This document shows, piece after piece, positions 1-10,770 of a DNA stretch of 39,289 bases. This DNA comes from Acidimicrobiia bacterium (GTDB lineage: Bacteria; Actinomycetota; Acidimicrobiia; Acidimicrobiales; SZUA-35). The notes under the pieces are model-generated. The model saw only the letters and a program-made list of their open reading frames with translations, did no database searches and was not told where the DNA came from. The position numbers and the translations under genes were made by a program. The DNA lies in NCBI GenBank assembly GCA_029861725.1, contig JAOTYQ010000002.1, positions 1 to 39,289 on the forward strand, given 5' to 3'. Position 1 is the first letter of the stretch. Each line of letters begins with the position of its first letter.

Positions 1-303
1 TTCCCCCGGTTCACGAGCCACGAGGCGGCGCGGGCCGAGGGCCTCCCAGGAGCACTGGTGCCCGGGATCATGAGCCAGGCCTTGCTGGCGGCGATGATCC
101 ACCGGTGGGCTCCGGGATGCTCGATCCACCGGCTCGACACGGTGTTCCGCGCTCCGCTCGTCGTCGGCACGAAGCCGACGATCTCCGGGGCGGTCACCGA
201 CACCGACGACGACAACCGGACCGCCGAGCTCGACCTCACGATCACGGCCGAGGACGGCCGGACCGGTGTGCTTGGTACGGCGATCGTCTCGTTCACCGCC
301 TGA
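1..303 (+). CDS. MaoC-like (R)-specific enoyl-CoA hydratase/dehydratase, C-terminal part (5' end lies outside the window)
   Basis: Frame 1 is open from base 1 to TGA 301-303. The translation FPRFTSHEAARAEGLPGALVPGIMSQALL...GVLGTAIVSFTA shows a hot-dog/MaoC pattern. Codons are GC3-rich. Confidence 0.7.
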   Translation, partial: FPRFTSHEAARAEGLPGALVPGIMSQALLAAMIHRWAPGCSIHRLDTVFRAPLVVGTKPTISGAVTDTDDDNRTAELDLTITAEDGRTGVLGTAIVSFTA

Positions 304-426
304 CGGCCCTCACACGCCCTGGCTGAGCGGGCCGGCCCGCCAGAGGGCCTTTGCCCACCTCAGAGCCGGAACCTAGCCTTTGGCGGGACCCACCCGCCGC
401 CACGAGACACGGAACAAGGACGGCCA

Positions 427-2729
<2,303 letters not shown>

Positions 2730-2733
<4 letters not shown>

Positions 2734-4064
2734 TCGACGTCGGGGCGGTCCGGCCCGTCGCTACGAGACAACCCCTGGGGCTCCGGCTCCTACCGGCCCG
2801 CGTCCACTACGGCTGGTGGATCTCGATCGCGGTGGCTGTCGTCATGTTCGCCACCGTCGGTGTCGGATTCTACGGTCTGGCGGTCTTCCTCCGTCCCCTC
2901 CAGGACGAGAACGGCTGGTCGAACGCTGCGGTGTCGGGAGCCACCGGGCTGTACTTCTCGGTCAGCGGCCTGACCGGTTTCGCCGTCGGTCCGCTGATCG
3001 ACCGGAAGGGTCCGGTCCGGTTCATGGTCGGCGGGGTTCTCCTCGTCGGGGTGTCGGGGATCCTCTTGAGCCTCGTCGGTGAGCTGTGGCAGCTCTATGC
3101 CGTCTACCTCCTGCAGGCTGTCGCGTTCGGGCTGTCGGGGTCGGTGGCGGTCAACTCGGTCATGTCCCGGTGGTTCATCACCAAGAGAGCGAAGGCGATG
3201 AGCATCTCATCCACCGGCGTGTCGCTCGGCGGCGTCATCCTCAGCCCAGTCGGTACCTGGCTCGTCGAGCGGGGCGGCGTCGCTCTCGCCGCGTTGTTCA
3301 TGGGCTCGCTCGTTCTGATCGTCGGCCTCCCGATCGTGTGGACGGTGATCGTCTGGGACCCTGCCGAGGTCGGCCTGGAACCGGACGGGGGCGCCCCCGA
3401 CCCGAAGGTCGATCGGGCCAACCTCGGCGACGACGTGCAGCGCCGGGTGTGGTCGCGGGCTGAGGCCTCGAGGACTCGGGCGTTCTGGACGATCCTGATC
3501 GCCTTCGTGCTGGTGCTGCTCGCCCAGACCGGGTTCCTGCTCCACCAGATCGCGTTCCTGACCGATCGGCTGGGCTCGGCCAACGCCGCCGCACTCGCCC
3601 TCAGCACCACCGCGTTCGGCAGCATCGTGGCTCGTTTCGCCCTCGGCCAGGTGGCTGACCGACTCGACAAGCGCCTGATGAGCGCGGCGCTGTTCGTGGT
3701 CCAGGGGTCGGCCGTCCTCGGACTCCTCGTCTTCGACAACCGGATCATCACCTACGCCCTGGTGATGATCGTCGGGTTCACGATCGGCAACGTGTACATG
3801 ATGCAGACGTTGCTGGTGGCCGAGATCTTCGGGCTGGTGTCGATGGGTACGGTGTTCGGCGTGATCAGCCTGGCGGCCCAGATCGGCAGCGGGCTCGGTC
3901 CGTTCGCCGTGGGCTGGATCGAAGATGCCACGGGGAACTACACCCTGCCGTTCGTGCTCGGGGCGTCGCTGACCCTGCTGTCGGGGCTCATCATCCTGTT
4001 CGCACAGCCCCCGAAGCGGCTGCCGGTGGCCCAGGCGGCGCAGGCGACCGTAGCTGCCCGGTGA
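2730..4064 (+). CDS. MFS transporter, oxalate/formate antiporter (OFA)-like
   Basis: Multi-TM hydrophobic protein (WWISIAVAVVMFATVGVGFYGLAVFLRPLQDENGWS ... GPLIDRKGPVRFM). The start is uncertain. TTG 2730 overlaps the upstream stop (TTGA) and is the only start-like codon I found that precedes TM1. Confidence 0.75.
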
Positions 4065-4116
4065 GGGGAGGGAACAGGATGTCGCCCCTCTGGCGGGCGG
4101 GATAGGGTCGGCGGTG

Positions 4117-4179
4117 ATGGATGTCTGGCTGTCGGGCAAGGGAGCTCTAGTCTCTGCCGCTTCGCGAGGCATCGGCTGA
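4117..4179 (+). other. 20-codon upstream mini-ORF that is a decayed tandem duplicate of the first 20 codons of the downstream SDR gene
   Basis: ATG 4117 encodes MDVWLSGKGALVSAASRGIG and ends at TGA 4177-4179. The SDR N-terminus is MDLGLSGKRALVTGASRGIG (15/20 aa and about 45/60 nt identical by hand alignment). The stop overlaps the SDR start as TGATG. Copy A has 6/20 A/T-ending codons and copy B has 0/20. Confidence 0.6.
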
Positions 4180-4943
4180 TGGACCTGGGGCTGTCGGGCA
4201 AGAGGGCGCTGGTCACGGGGGCGTCGCGCGGGATCGGCTTCGGCTGCGCCCGGGCGCTGGCCGCCGAGGGCTGTGACGTTGCCCTGGTCGGGCGGGACGT
4301 CCACCAGCTCAAGGCGGCGATGAAAGCGATCCGGGCCGACTTCCGGGTCGGAGTCACGAGCCACGCCACCGATCTGACGGTGACCTCACGCCAGGAGGCG
4401 CTGGTCGACGTCGTCGGCGACATCGACATCCTCGTCAACAACGCCGGGGCCATCCCTCCCGGCGATCTGCTGTCGATCGACGAGGCGAGGTGGCGGGAGG
4501 CCTGGGAGCTGAAGGTGTTCGGCTACATCAACCTCTGCCGCCTGGTGCTGCCGCAGATGCAGGAGCGACGCTCGGGCGTGATCATCAACGTCGTTGGAGC
4601 GGCCGCGGTCCGCCCCCGGGCCGACTTCATCACCGGCGCCGCTGGGAACTCGGCCCTCGTCGGCTTCACCCGGGCGCTGGGAAGCAGCTCGCTGCGCCGT
4701 GGGGTTCGGGTCGTCGCGGTCAACCCTGGCCTGATCGCCACCGACCGGATGGAGGAGCTGCTCCGGGCCCGAGCCGTAGAGCGCTACGGCAACCCGGCGC
4801 GCTGGGAGGAGCTGATTCCGAACGATCCCGAACCGGGAACGGTCGAGGACGTCGCCAACCTCGTGACCTTCCTCGCCTCGAATCGGGCCGGCCACATCAC
4901 CGGAACCACGATCACCGTCGACGGAGGAGCGAGCGCCTACTGA
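4179..4943 (+). CDS. SDR family oxidoreductase (short-chain dehydrogenase/reductase)
   Basis: 254 aa with the TGASRGIG cofactor motif, NNAG, and an SDR-type C-terminus (ITGTTITVDGG). GAGG lies 9 nt upstream of the ATG. Confidence 0.9.
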   Translation: MDLGLSGKRALVTGASRGIGFGCARALAAEGCDVALVGRDVHQLKAAMKAIRADFRVGVTSHATDLTVTSRQEALVDVVGDIDILVNNAGAIPPGDLLSIDEARWREAWELKVFGYINLCRLVLPQMQERRSGVIINVVGAAAVRPRADFITGAAGNSALVGFTRALGSSSLRRGVRVVAVNPGLIATDRMEELLRARAVERYGNPARWEELIPNDPEPGTVEDVANLVTFLASNRAGHITGTTITVDGGASAY

Positions 4944-4971
4944 GCCTGTGACGCCAGGCTGGTCGTCATCA

Positions 4972-5009
4972 GGGGTCGGGCATGCGTCCGGTCCGCACGT
5001 AACGACCCC
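4972..5009. terminator. Possible bidirectional stem-loop between convergent genes
   Basis: GGGGTCG (4972-4978) pairs with CGACCCC (5003-5009). The 24-nt interior holds a short TGCG/CGCA stem. There is no U-tract. Confidence 0.25.
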
Positions 5010-5042
5010 GACCGACTGCGGGGTGGGAGGTGGGACGGGCGC

Positions 5043-5714
5043 TCAGTAGGGGAATTCGGCGTCGTCGGTTAGCCAGCAGCCGGTGACGCCGGGATCGATG
5101 TCGACGGCCCGGCTGCGGATCAGCTTCCACTCGCCCTCGGTGAGCGCCATGGTCGATTCCGACATCACGGTCGACACCGAGTCGCGAACCACGACACCGG
5201 AGTCGATCACGTGATGGACATCGTCGTTGACGACGCAGCCCGACAGCTCGGCCACCGTTCCGTCTATCAGGTCGACCCGAACGCGATGCTCGGTGTCGGC
5301 GTCGACCCCGTCGACCGCTGGTGTCTCGGGCTCCCGGATCGCCTCCCCCGTTTCGGCCAGCTCGATCAACGTCCGGTAGCTGACCTCGAGCTGTTCGCCG
5401 GCGGCCAGCTCACCGAGCAGCGGGAAGTCGGTCGACGGGTCGGCAGAGGGGGTTTGGCGCGCCTCGTCGAACGCCTCCCAGTACGCCTCGTACCGGCGGG
5501 CCAGGAACTCTGCGAGGTCGATCGCTTGGAGCTCGCCGCGATCGTCGTCGTCCTCCGGCCCGGCCTCGGAGCCAAGCGCTCCGTCCGCCACCTGCAGATC
5601 TCCGGCGACCTCGGGCTCCGAGTCCTGGCTGCAGGCGGTCGCCAGCAGTACGGTGGCGGCTGCGACCGCCAGCAAGCGGCGCGTCGGACCCAATCGGTGC
5701 GTTGTCGATGCCAT
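5043..5714 (-). CDS. Putative secreted lipoprotein, unknown function
   Basis: The internal ATG at 5714 gives MASTTHRLGPTRRLLAVAAATVLLATAC|SQD, a signal peptide with a lipobox-like Cys followed by an acidic mature region. The upstream part of the 374-aa track ORF is Arg/Ser-rich and unlikely to be coding. Confidence 0.6.
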   Translation of the reverse strand: MASTTHRLGPTRRLLAVAAATVLLATACSQDSEPEVAGDLQVADGALGSEAGPEDDDDRGELQAIDLAEFLARRYEAYWEAFDEARQTPSADPSTDFPLLGELAAGEQLEVSYRTLIELAETGEAIREPETPAVDGVDADTEHRVRVDLIDGTVAELSGCVVNDDVHHVIDSGVVVRDSVSTVMSESTMALTEGEWKLIRSRAVDIDPGVTGCWLTDDAEFPY

Positions 5715-5965
5715 CGGCCCACCTGTGGTGTCGCGCCCGCGATCGGCCGTCCCGAGGTTATCGGCGACCAACCCGGGCCCGACCCGAACGACCTGCCGAC
5801 CGATGCCCAGGTCCCGGATTCGCCTTTTGAGGCCCGGGCTGGCACGATCGGCGACGACCACGCCGTCGATCTGATCCCGGCCCCTGGTCAGCTGCGTACG
5901 ACTCGGGTGGAACCGCTCCGTGCATCCCCTGGACAACCTGGACATCTTCGAAATGAGGTGCGTCT

Positions 5966-6754
5966 GTGAGCTCTCGAACAGAGACGATCGAGAACCTGAA
6001 CCGCTGCTTTGACGATCTGGAGGCGCTGCTCGACGGGCTCTCCGAGGCCGACTGGGGAGTCCAGTCGCTCTGCCCCGACTGGACCGTACGGGGCGTCGTC
6101 GAGCACCTCGTCGGGGTGGAGCACGTGCTGTCGGGCTGGATCCCGACCGAGGACGACGACAAGCCACCGTTCGAGAAGATGGAGGCGCTCACGGCGAAGG
6201 TCAAACCGATGTCGAACGATGAGCTGGCCGACGAGACCAAGCGGATTCTGGCAACCCGTCGCAGCGACCTTGCCGGCACCACCGACGAGGAGTTCACCCG
6301 GGCGTCGATGACCCCGGTGGGCCCCGGCACCTATCACCGCTTCATGGACGTGCGGGTGTTCGACTTCTGGGTCCACCAGCGGGACATGACCGGACCGCTC
6401 GGTCGCACCACCGAAGACTCGGGGCCGGCGGCGGAGACGGCGCTCGACGAGGTCCACGGCTCTATCGGGTACATCGTCGGCAAGCGGATCGGGCTGCCCG
6501 ACGGGATGAGCATCGCCATCCATGTCACCGGCCCGGTCGAGCGCGACATCTACGCGGCCGTCGACGGCCGGGCGGCGAAGGTCGACCAGCTGGACAGCCC
6601 GTCGGTCGAGCTGACGACCGACACGCTCACCTTCATCCAGCTCGCCTGCGGCCGGATCGATCCTCAGGGCGTGATCGACGCAGGGAAGATCTCGTGGTCC
6701 GGCGACGACGAGTGGGGAGAGAAGGCGGCCAGGAACCTGCGGTTCACCATGTGA
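5966..6754 (+). CDS. Maleylpyruvate isomerase family, mycothiol-dependent (DinB-fold) enzyme
   Basis: GTG start with GAGGTG upstream. The N-terminus DLEALLDGLSEADWGVQSLCPDWTVRGVVEHL is typical of the actinobacterial TIGR03083/DinB family, with an SCP2-like C-terminal part. Confidence 0.75.
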   Translation: MSSRTETIENLNRCFDDLEALLDGLSEADWGVQSLCPDWTVRGVVEHLVGVEHVLSGWIPTEDDDKPPFEKMEALTAKVKPMSNDELADETKRILATRRSDLAGTTDEEFTRASMTPVGPGTYHRFMDVRVFDFWVHQRDMTGPLGRTTEDSGPAAETALDEVHGSIGYIVGKRIGLPDGMSIAIHVTGPVERDIYAAVDGRAAKVDQLDSPSVELTTDTLTFIQLACGRIDPQGVIDAGKISWSGDDEWGEKAARNLRFTM

Positions 6755-6769
6755 CCAGGGCTGGCCGAG

Positions 6770-7933
6770 TCACGCCTCGGCCAGCTCCTTGATCCCGTCG
6801 ACGACGGCCTGCATGTTCGCCCGGTGCTCGTCGATCCGACGCTCGAGAATTCGGGGCTCCTTGTCGGGCATCGCCGCGATGGCGGCGCTGATACCCGACG
6901 GTCCGGGGCCGAGGAGCCCCCGATACCGCAGCCGCACCGCACCGGCGATCGGCTCCAGCTCGAATCGCCAGCGAGCCCCTGGGTTGCCGGGGTCCGAGGT
7001 GCACCAGCCGAAGGCCTTCCCGTCCTCGTAGACATCGACGAAGCACGGCACCGACCACTCCCCGATAGCGGCGTGGGTGTTGCGACCGGTGAACGTCGCT
7101 CCCAGTGCCGGCCCGGTCGAGTCACCGCTCCAGTCGGCGCCGAGGAGCTCGGAGCTGAAGCGGGCCCCGAGGTCGATGTCGGTCACCAGCTCCCACACCC
7201 GCTCGGGCTGTGCCTTGATGTCGACCTCGACAACGGTGCCCGGCCCGTCGGCCAGGCGGGGCGGGTCGCTCGGACCTCGCTCCCACGTGCGGGCGAACCC
7301 GTCGAAGTAGGCGATCTCGCGGGCCGGGTAGCGGGGGGCGGTGCCGAACTCGGTGCCCTTCGTCCAGGCGACGGGGATCATGGCTATCTGCGTCATCGTG
7401 TCGGGGATGCCGAGCAGCTCCGCGATGTCGTCCTCGGCGTTCAGGATCGCCGTGGTCCACGCGGTCCCAAGACCCCGGGCCCGGAGGGCCAGACAGAAGC
7501 TCCACGCTCCCTGGATGACCGAGTCGAACAGGCCTGGCCGCCCGCTGTTGTCGTGGCGCCCGATGATCGTCGGGATCACGATCACGGGCACCTTGGCCAG
7601 GTGCTCGGCGAGGTGGGCCGCCGACCTCATCACCTGCTCGTTGGGATGATCGGTACCGACGATGCGGTCACGGGCTTCGATCATCCACTTGCCAGCTGAC
7701 GCCATGTACAGCTCGGCCAGGCGAGCCTTGAGCGCAGGGTCACGGATGAGCAGCCAGCGGCGGCTCCCCTGATTGCCACCGGAGGGCGACTGCTCGGCCA
7801 GGTCGATGCAGTCGAGCAGGATTTGGTCGTCGACCTCGCGTTCGAGGTCGAGCCGTAGGCGAACGGCCCTGGTCGTTGCCAGGACGCCGTCCACCGAGGC
7901 CACGTCGGCCGTGCTGGAATCGAATCGAACCAT
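6770..7933 (-). CDS. Nitroreductase-family domain fused to a C-terminal SRPBCC (START/polyketide-cyclase-like) domain
   Basis: The N-terminal roughly 225 aa are nitroreductase-like (VLATTRAVRLRLDLEREVDDQILLDCIDLAEQSPSGGNQ ... LALRARGLGTAWTT). The C-terminal roughly 150 aa are SRPBCC-like (VEVDIKAQPERVWELVTDIDLGARFS...). I prefer ATG 7933 over TTG 7945 as the start. Confidence 0.75.
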   Translation of the reverse strand: MVRFDSSTADVASVDGVLATTRAVRLRLDLEREVDDQILLDCIDLAEQSPSGGNQGSRRWLLIRDPALKARLAELYMASAGKWMIEARDRIVGTDHPNEQVMRSAAHLAEHLAKVPVIVIPTIIGRHDNSGRPGLFDSVIQGAWSFCLALRARGLGTAWTTAILNAEDDIAELLGIPDTMTQIAMIPVAWTKGTEFGTAPRYPAREIAYFDGFARTWERGPSDPPRLADGPGTVVEVDIKAQPERVWELVTDIDLGARFSSELLGADWSGDSTGPALGATFTGRNTHAAIGEWSVPCFVDVYEDGKAFGWCTSDPGNPGARWRFELEPIAGAVRLRYRGLLGPGPSGISAAIAAMPDKEPRILERRIDEHRANMQAVVDGIKELAEA

Positions 7934-8026
7934 CGCCCAACGCAACTAGCACGCGCTCACCGCGTCAAGTCCCGTCGCCGATGTTCTGCCACCCCGTTCG
8001 CCGAACCCTACGCGACGGCCGCCGGT

Positions 8027-8893
8027 CTACACGTCCAACCGGTAGCCGTTGCCATCGGGACGCAGGGTGCCGGCGGTCGGGGAGCCGAAGTGGGTGCCGA
8101 TGACGAGGGTCTCGCCGTCGGCCCAGTCGGGGAAGACGGCTTTCCGGGTCGCTCGGGCCTGGTCGGAGTCGGTGTCGAACATCGACGACAGCTCCGGGTC
8201 GGCGAGCTGGAGGGGGCTGTGCACCATGTCCCCGGTAATGATCGCTCGCTCGCCGTCGGACTCGACGACGACCGAGATGTGGCCAGGGGTGTGACCGACA
8301 GTCGCTTGGAACGACACCTCGTCGCTCACGCGGTGGTCGGGGGGCACGATCTCGGCGAGGCCTGCGTCGACGATCGGAGCGACCGAGTCGCCGAAGACGT
8401 CCTCGCCGTCGAACAAGCCGGGTTCGCTCTTCCAGTGCTCGTACTCGGCGTCGACGAAGAGGTAGGCGGCGTTGGGGAACGTCGGGACCCACTCGCCGTC
8501 GATCAGCCGGGTGTTCCAGCCGACGTGGTCGACGTGCAGGTGGGTGCATATGACGTGGGTGAACGTCTCGGGCCCGTAACCGGCCCCGGTCAGGTCGTCG
8601 AGGAACGGGCCCTGGAGGTGATGCCACAGCTCGTTGTTGCGGCTCTTGTCGTTTCCGACGCAGGTGTCGACCGCGATGCGGTGGTCACCCGCTTCGATGA
8701 CGAGGCATTGGATCTTCTGGAGCAGGTAGCCATCCTTGCTGACGAAGTGGGGCCGGAGCCAAGGGGCGGCCTCGGCTCGCTCGAGCACGCCGGCCTTGGC
8801 GAGATCCCGGAACAGGAAGCGTGGCGACGTCGGGGTCTCCGACTCGGGGAACGATGTGATGGCCACCGAGCCGACTGTCCATTGCAACTGCAT
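8027..8893 (-). CDS. MBL-fold metallo-hydrolase (lactonase-like)
   Basis: It has the metallo-beta-lactamase motif THLHVDHVGWN and downstream His/Asp ligands (GHTPGH, GDMVH). I prefer ATG 8893 because AAGG lies just upstream; the track ORF extends to 8935. Confidence 0.8.
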   Translation of the reverse strand: MQLQWTVGSVAITSFPESETPTSPRFLFRDLAKAGVLERAEAAPWLRPHFVSKDGYLLQKIQCLVIEAGDHRIAVDTCVGNDKSRNNELWHHLQGPFLDDLTGAGYGPETFTHVICTHLHVDHVGWNTRLIDGEWVPTFPNAAYLFVDAEYEHWKSEPGLFDGEDVFGDSVAPIVDAGLAEIVPPDHRVSDEVSFQATVGHTPGHISVVVESDGERAIITGDMVHSPLQLADPELSSMFDTDSDQARATRKAVFPDWADGETLVIGTHFGSPTAGTLRPDGNGYRLDV

Positions 8894-8987
8894 CCTTGCC
8901 CCCTGCCGTGCTCGGGCGATGTCGTCGAGTGTCACCGACTCTATTCGGTCGACCAGCTAGCGATCATTTCCGCAGGCTCCGGCCCCG

Positions 8988-9015
8988 GGTGGTCAGGGCG
9001 TCGAAACTGACCACC
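8988..9015 (-). terminator. Perfect 9-bp stem hairpin directly downstream of the acyl-CoA synthetase gene
   Basis: GGTGGTCAG (8988-8996) pairs with CTGACCACC (9007-9015) around a 10-nt loop, 12 nt past the stop at 9027. There is no U-tract. Confidence 0.45.
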
Positions 9016-9026
9016 AAACGGCCGAG

Positions 9027-10619
9027 CTACGGGCTGAGCAGCTCGCGCGCTCGCTCCCGTAGCTCCGGCTTGCGCACCTTGTTCGACGCGTTGAGGGGGA
9101 GGTCGTCGACGATCCAGACCCGACGAGGCACCTTGTAGTTGGCCATCCGCTCACGACACCAGGCGATCAGCTCGTCCGGCTCGGGTCGTTCGCCAGGGCT
9201 CGGCACGATGAACGCGGCCCCCACCTCACCCATCCGCTCGTCGGGGATGCCGATCACTGCAACCATCCCCACCGCGTCGTGCTCGGAGAGCTGGCGCTCG
9301 ATCTCGGCCGGGTAGGCGTTGAAGCCGCCCATGATGAACATGTCCTTTTTGCGATCCGTGATGTCGATGTAGCCGGCCTCGTCCATGACAGCGATGTCGC
9401 CGGTGTGGAGCCAACCGTCGCCATCGATCGCCTCGGCGGTCTGCTCGGGATCGTCGAGGTAGCCGGGCGTCACCTGATAGCCCCGCACCAGCAGCTCACC
9501 CGGCTCGCCGGGCTCGGCGACGTCGCCTGCATCGGTCACGACCCGGAGCTCGACGTCAGGGATGGCGCATCCCGACGTCGATGCCACCAGCTCCGGCGGG
9601 TCGCCGGCGAGGGTGTGGGAGGCGACACCTGAGGTCTCGGTCATCCCGTAGGCGGTGATGATGGTCTCGAAGCCGAGCCGCTCCCGCATCGCCACGATCA
9701 TCTCGACCGGGATCGAGGCGGCCCCGGTCACGCAGGCCCGGAGCGACGACAGGTCGAAGCGGTCGAGGTCCGGATGGTTCAAGAGGCCCTGGAACAGCGC
9801 CGGCGGTCCGGGGAATACCGTCACCCGCTCTCGCTCGATGAGGGCGAGGACCTCGCCCGGATCGTACACGGCGACCGGGAGGTTGATCGCGCCGTGCAGC
9901 AGGCACACGACGATCCCCGAGTTGTAGCCGAACGCATGGAAATAGGGGTTCACGAGCAGGTATCGATCGCCCTTGTCGACGGTGAGGGTGAGGCTGTAGG
10001 CCCAGAAGGCCCGGATGATCGCGCCGCCCTTCACGAGGACGCCTTTCGGGTGTCCGGTTGTCCCGGAGGTGAACATGATGAGGCCAACATCGTCGGGGGT
10101 GACGGCCGCCGATCGTCGCTCGACCGCGGCCTGGAGCACGTCGGCGTCGGTGTCATCGCCCCGAGCCGTGAACTCTTCGAACGGGATCGTGCCAGGAGTG
10201 CGGGCGGCGCCGAGATCGACGATCGCGTCGAGGTTCGGGAGGTCGTGGCCGTCGAGCGAGCCGCTGTAGTCGGTGTCGAGGAACCCGTCGACGACGAACA
10301 GTATCTTGACTCTGGCCCGGGCCAGGACGTAGGCGGCCTCGGGCCCCTTGAACCGAGTGTTGACCGGGACGAGCAGCGCACCAGCTCTCGACACGGCGAG
10401 CCCGGCGACCACCCACTGCCAGCAGTTGGGGGCCCAGACGGCGACGGTGTCGCCGGCAGCGACGCCCGACGTCACCAGCGCCCGAGCGGCCTGGTCGACC
10501 CGCTCGCCGAGCTGGTCGTAGGTCACGTCGACATCGCCGTCGCGGATTGCCAGCGCCGGGCCGTACCGCGCGGTGGCGGTGGCGATCAGCTCGGGCAACG
10601 TGCAGGCCAGGGGGTCCAT
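9027..10619 (-). CDS. AMP-dependent acyl-CoA synthetase/ligase (FadD-like)
   Basis: It has the AMP-binding motifs MFTSGTTGHPKGV and TAYGMTETSG and a C-terminal NASNKVRK. The start is set at ATG 10619 (MDPLACTLPELIATATARYG...), which matches the family N-terminus. The upstream 81 codons of the track ORF look non-coding. Confidence 0.85.
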   Translation of the reverse strand: MDPLACTLPELIATATARYGPALAIRDGDVDVTYDQLGERVDQAARALVTSGVAAGDTVAVWAPNCWQWVVAGLAVSRAGALLVPVNTRFKGPEAAYVLARARVKILFVVDGFLDTDYSGSLDGHDLPNLDAIVDLGAARTPGTIPFEEFTARGDDTDADVLQAAVERRSAAVTPDDVGLIMFTSGTTGHPKGVLVKGGAIIRAFWAYSLTLTVDKGDRYLLVNPYFHAFGYNSGIVVCLLHGAINLPVAVYDPGEVLALIERERVTVFPGPPALFQGLLNHPDLDRFDLSSLRACVTGAASIPVEMIVAMRERLGFETIITAYGMTETSGVASHTLAGDPPELVASTSGCAIPDVELRVVTDAGDVAEPGEPGELLVRGYQVTPGYLDDPEQTAEAIDGDGWLHTGDIAVMDEAGYIDITDRKKDMFIMGGFNAYPAEIERQLSEHDAVGMVAVIGIPDERMGEVGAAFIVPSPGERPEPDELIAWCRERMANYKVPRRVWIVDDLPLNASNKVRKPELRERARELLSP

Positions 10620-10702
10620 CCGGGCCGAAGTTACCGTCTCGGTACGGCTGGTGTGGAATGCTGGGCCGGCGCCGACCAGGGCTACGTTCGGGGCGTCATC
10701 CA

Positions 10703-10750
10703 GCGACACGAGCACTGCCGGCGACACGACCGCCGGTCGTGAGCACTGCC
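10703..10750. promoter_or_regulatory. Interleaved direct and inverted repeats in a divergent promoter region (candidate operator)
   Basis: GCGACACGA occurs at 10703-10711 and 10721-10729. GAGCACTGCC occurs at 10710-10719 and 10741-10750. A perfect 8+1+8 palindrome, CACGACCG-C-CGGTCGTG, lies at 10725-10741. The whole set ends 20 nt before ATG 10771. Confidence 0.35.
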
Positions 10751-10770
10751 CTGGGGTGTGAGGAGCCAGC

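Noticed and set aside
327-340. A GC-only perfect palindrome, GCGGGCCGGCCCGC, after the MaoC gene. Similar short GC palindromes occur elsewhere, e.g. CGGGCGG-ATG-CCGCCCG at 32601-32617 and GCGATC-AAC-GATCGC at 12168-12182.
   Set aside because: Short G/C-only inverted repeats arise easily by chance at this base composition. They may act as weak terminators or attenuators, but I cannot tell signal from background without conservation or transcript-end data.
5715-5965. A 250-nt divergent intergenic region between the lipoprotein and DinB-family genes, scanned for a riboswitch or small gene.
   Set aside because: I found only short GC inverted repeats (CCCGGGCC at 5772-5779 and GGCCCGGG at 5831-5838). 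I saw no recognisable riboswitch core and no ORF with coding-like composition. The evidence is too weak to call a feature.
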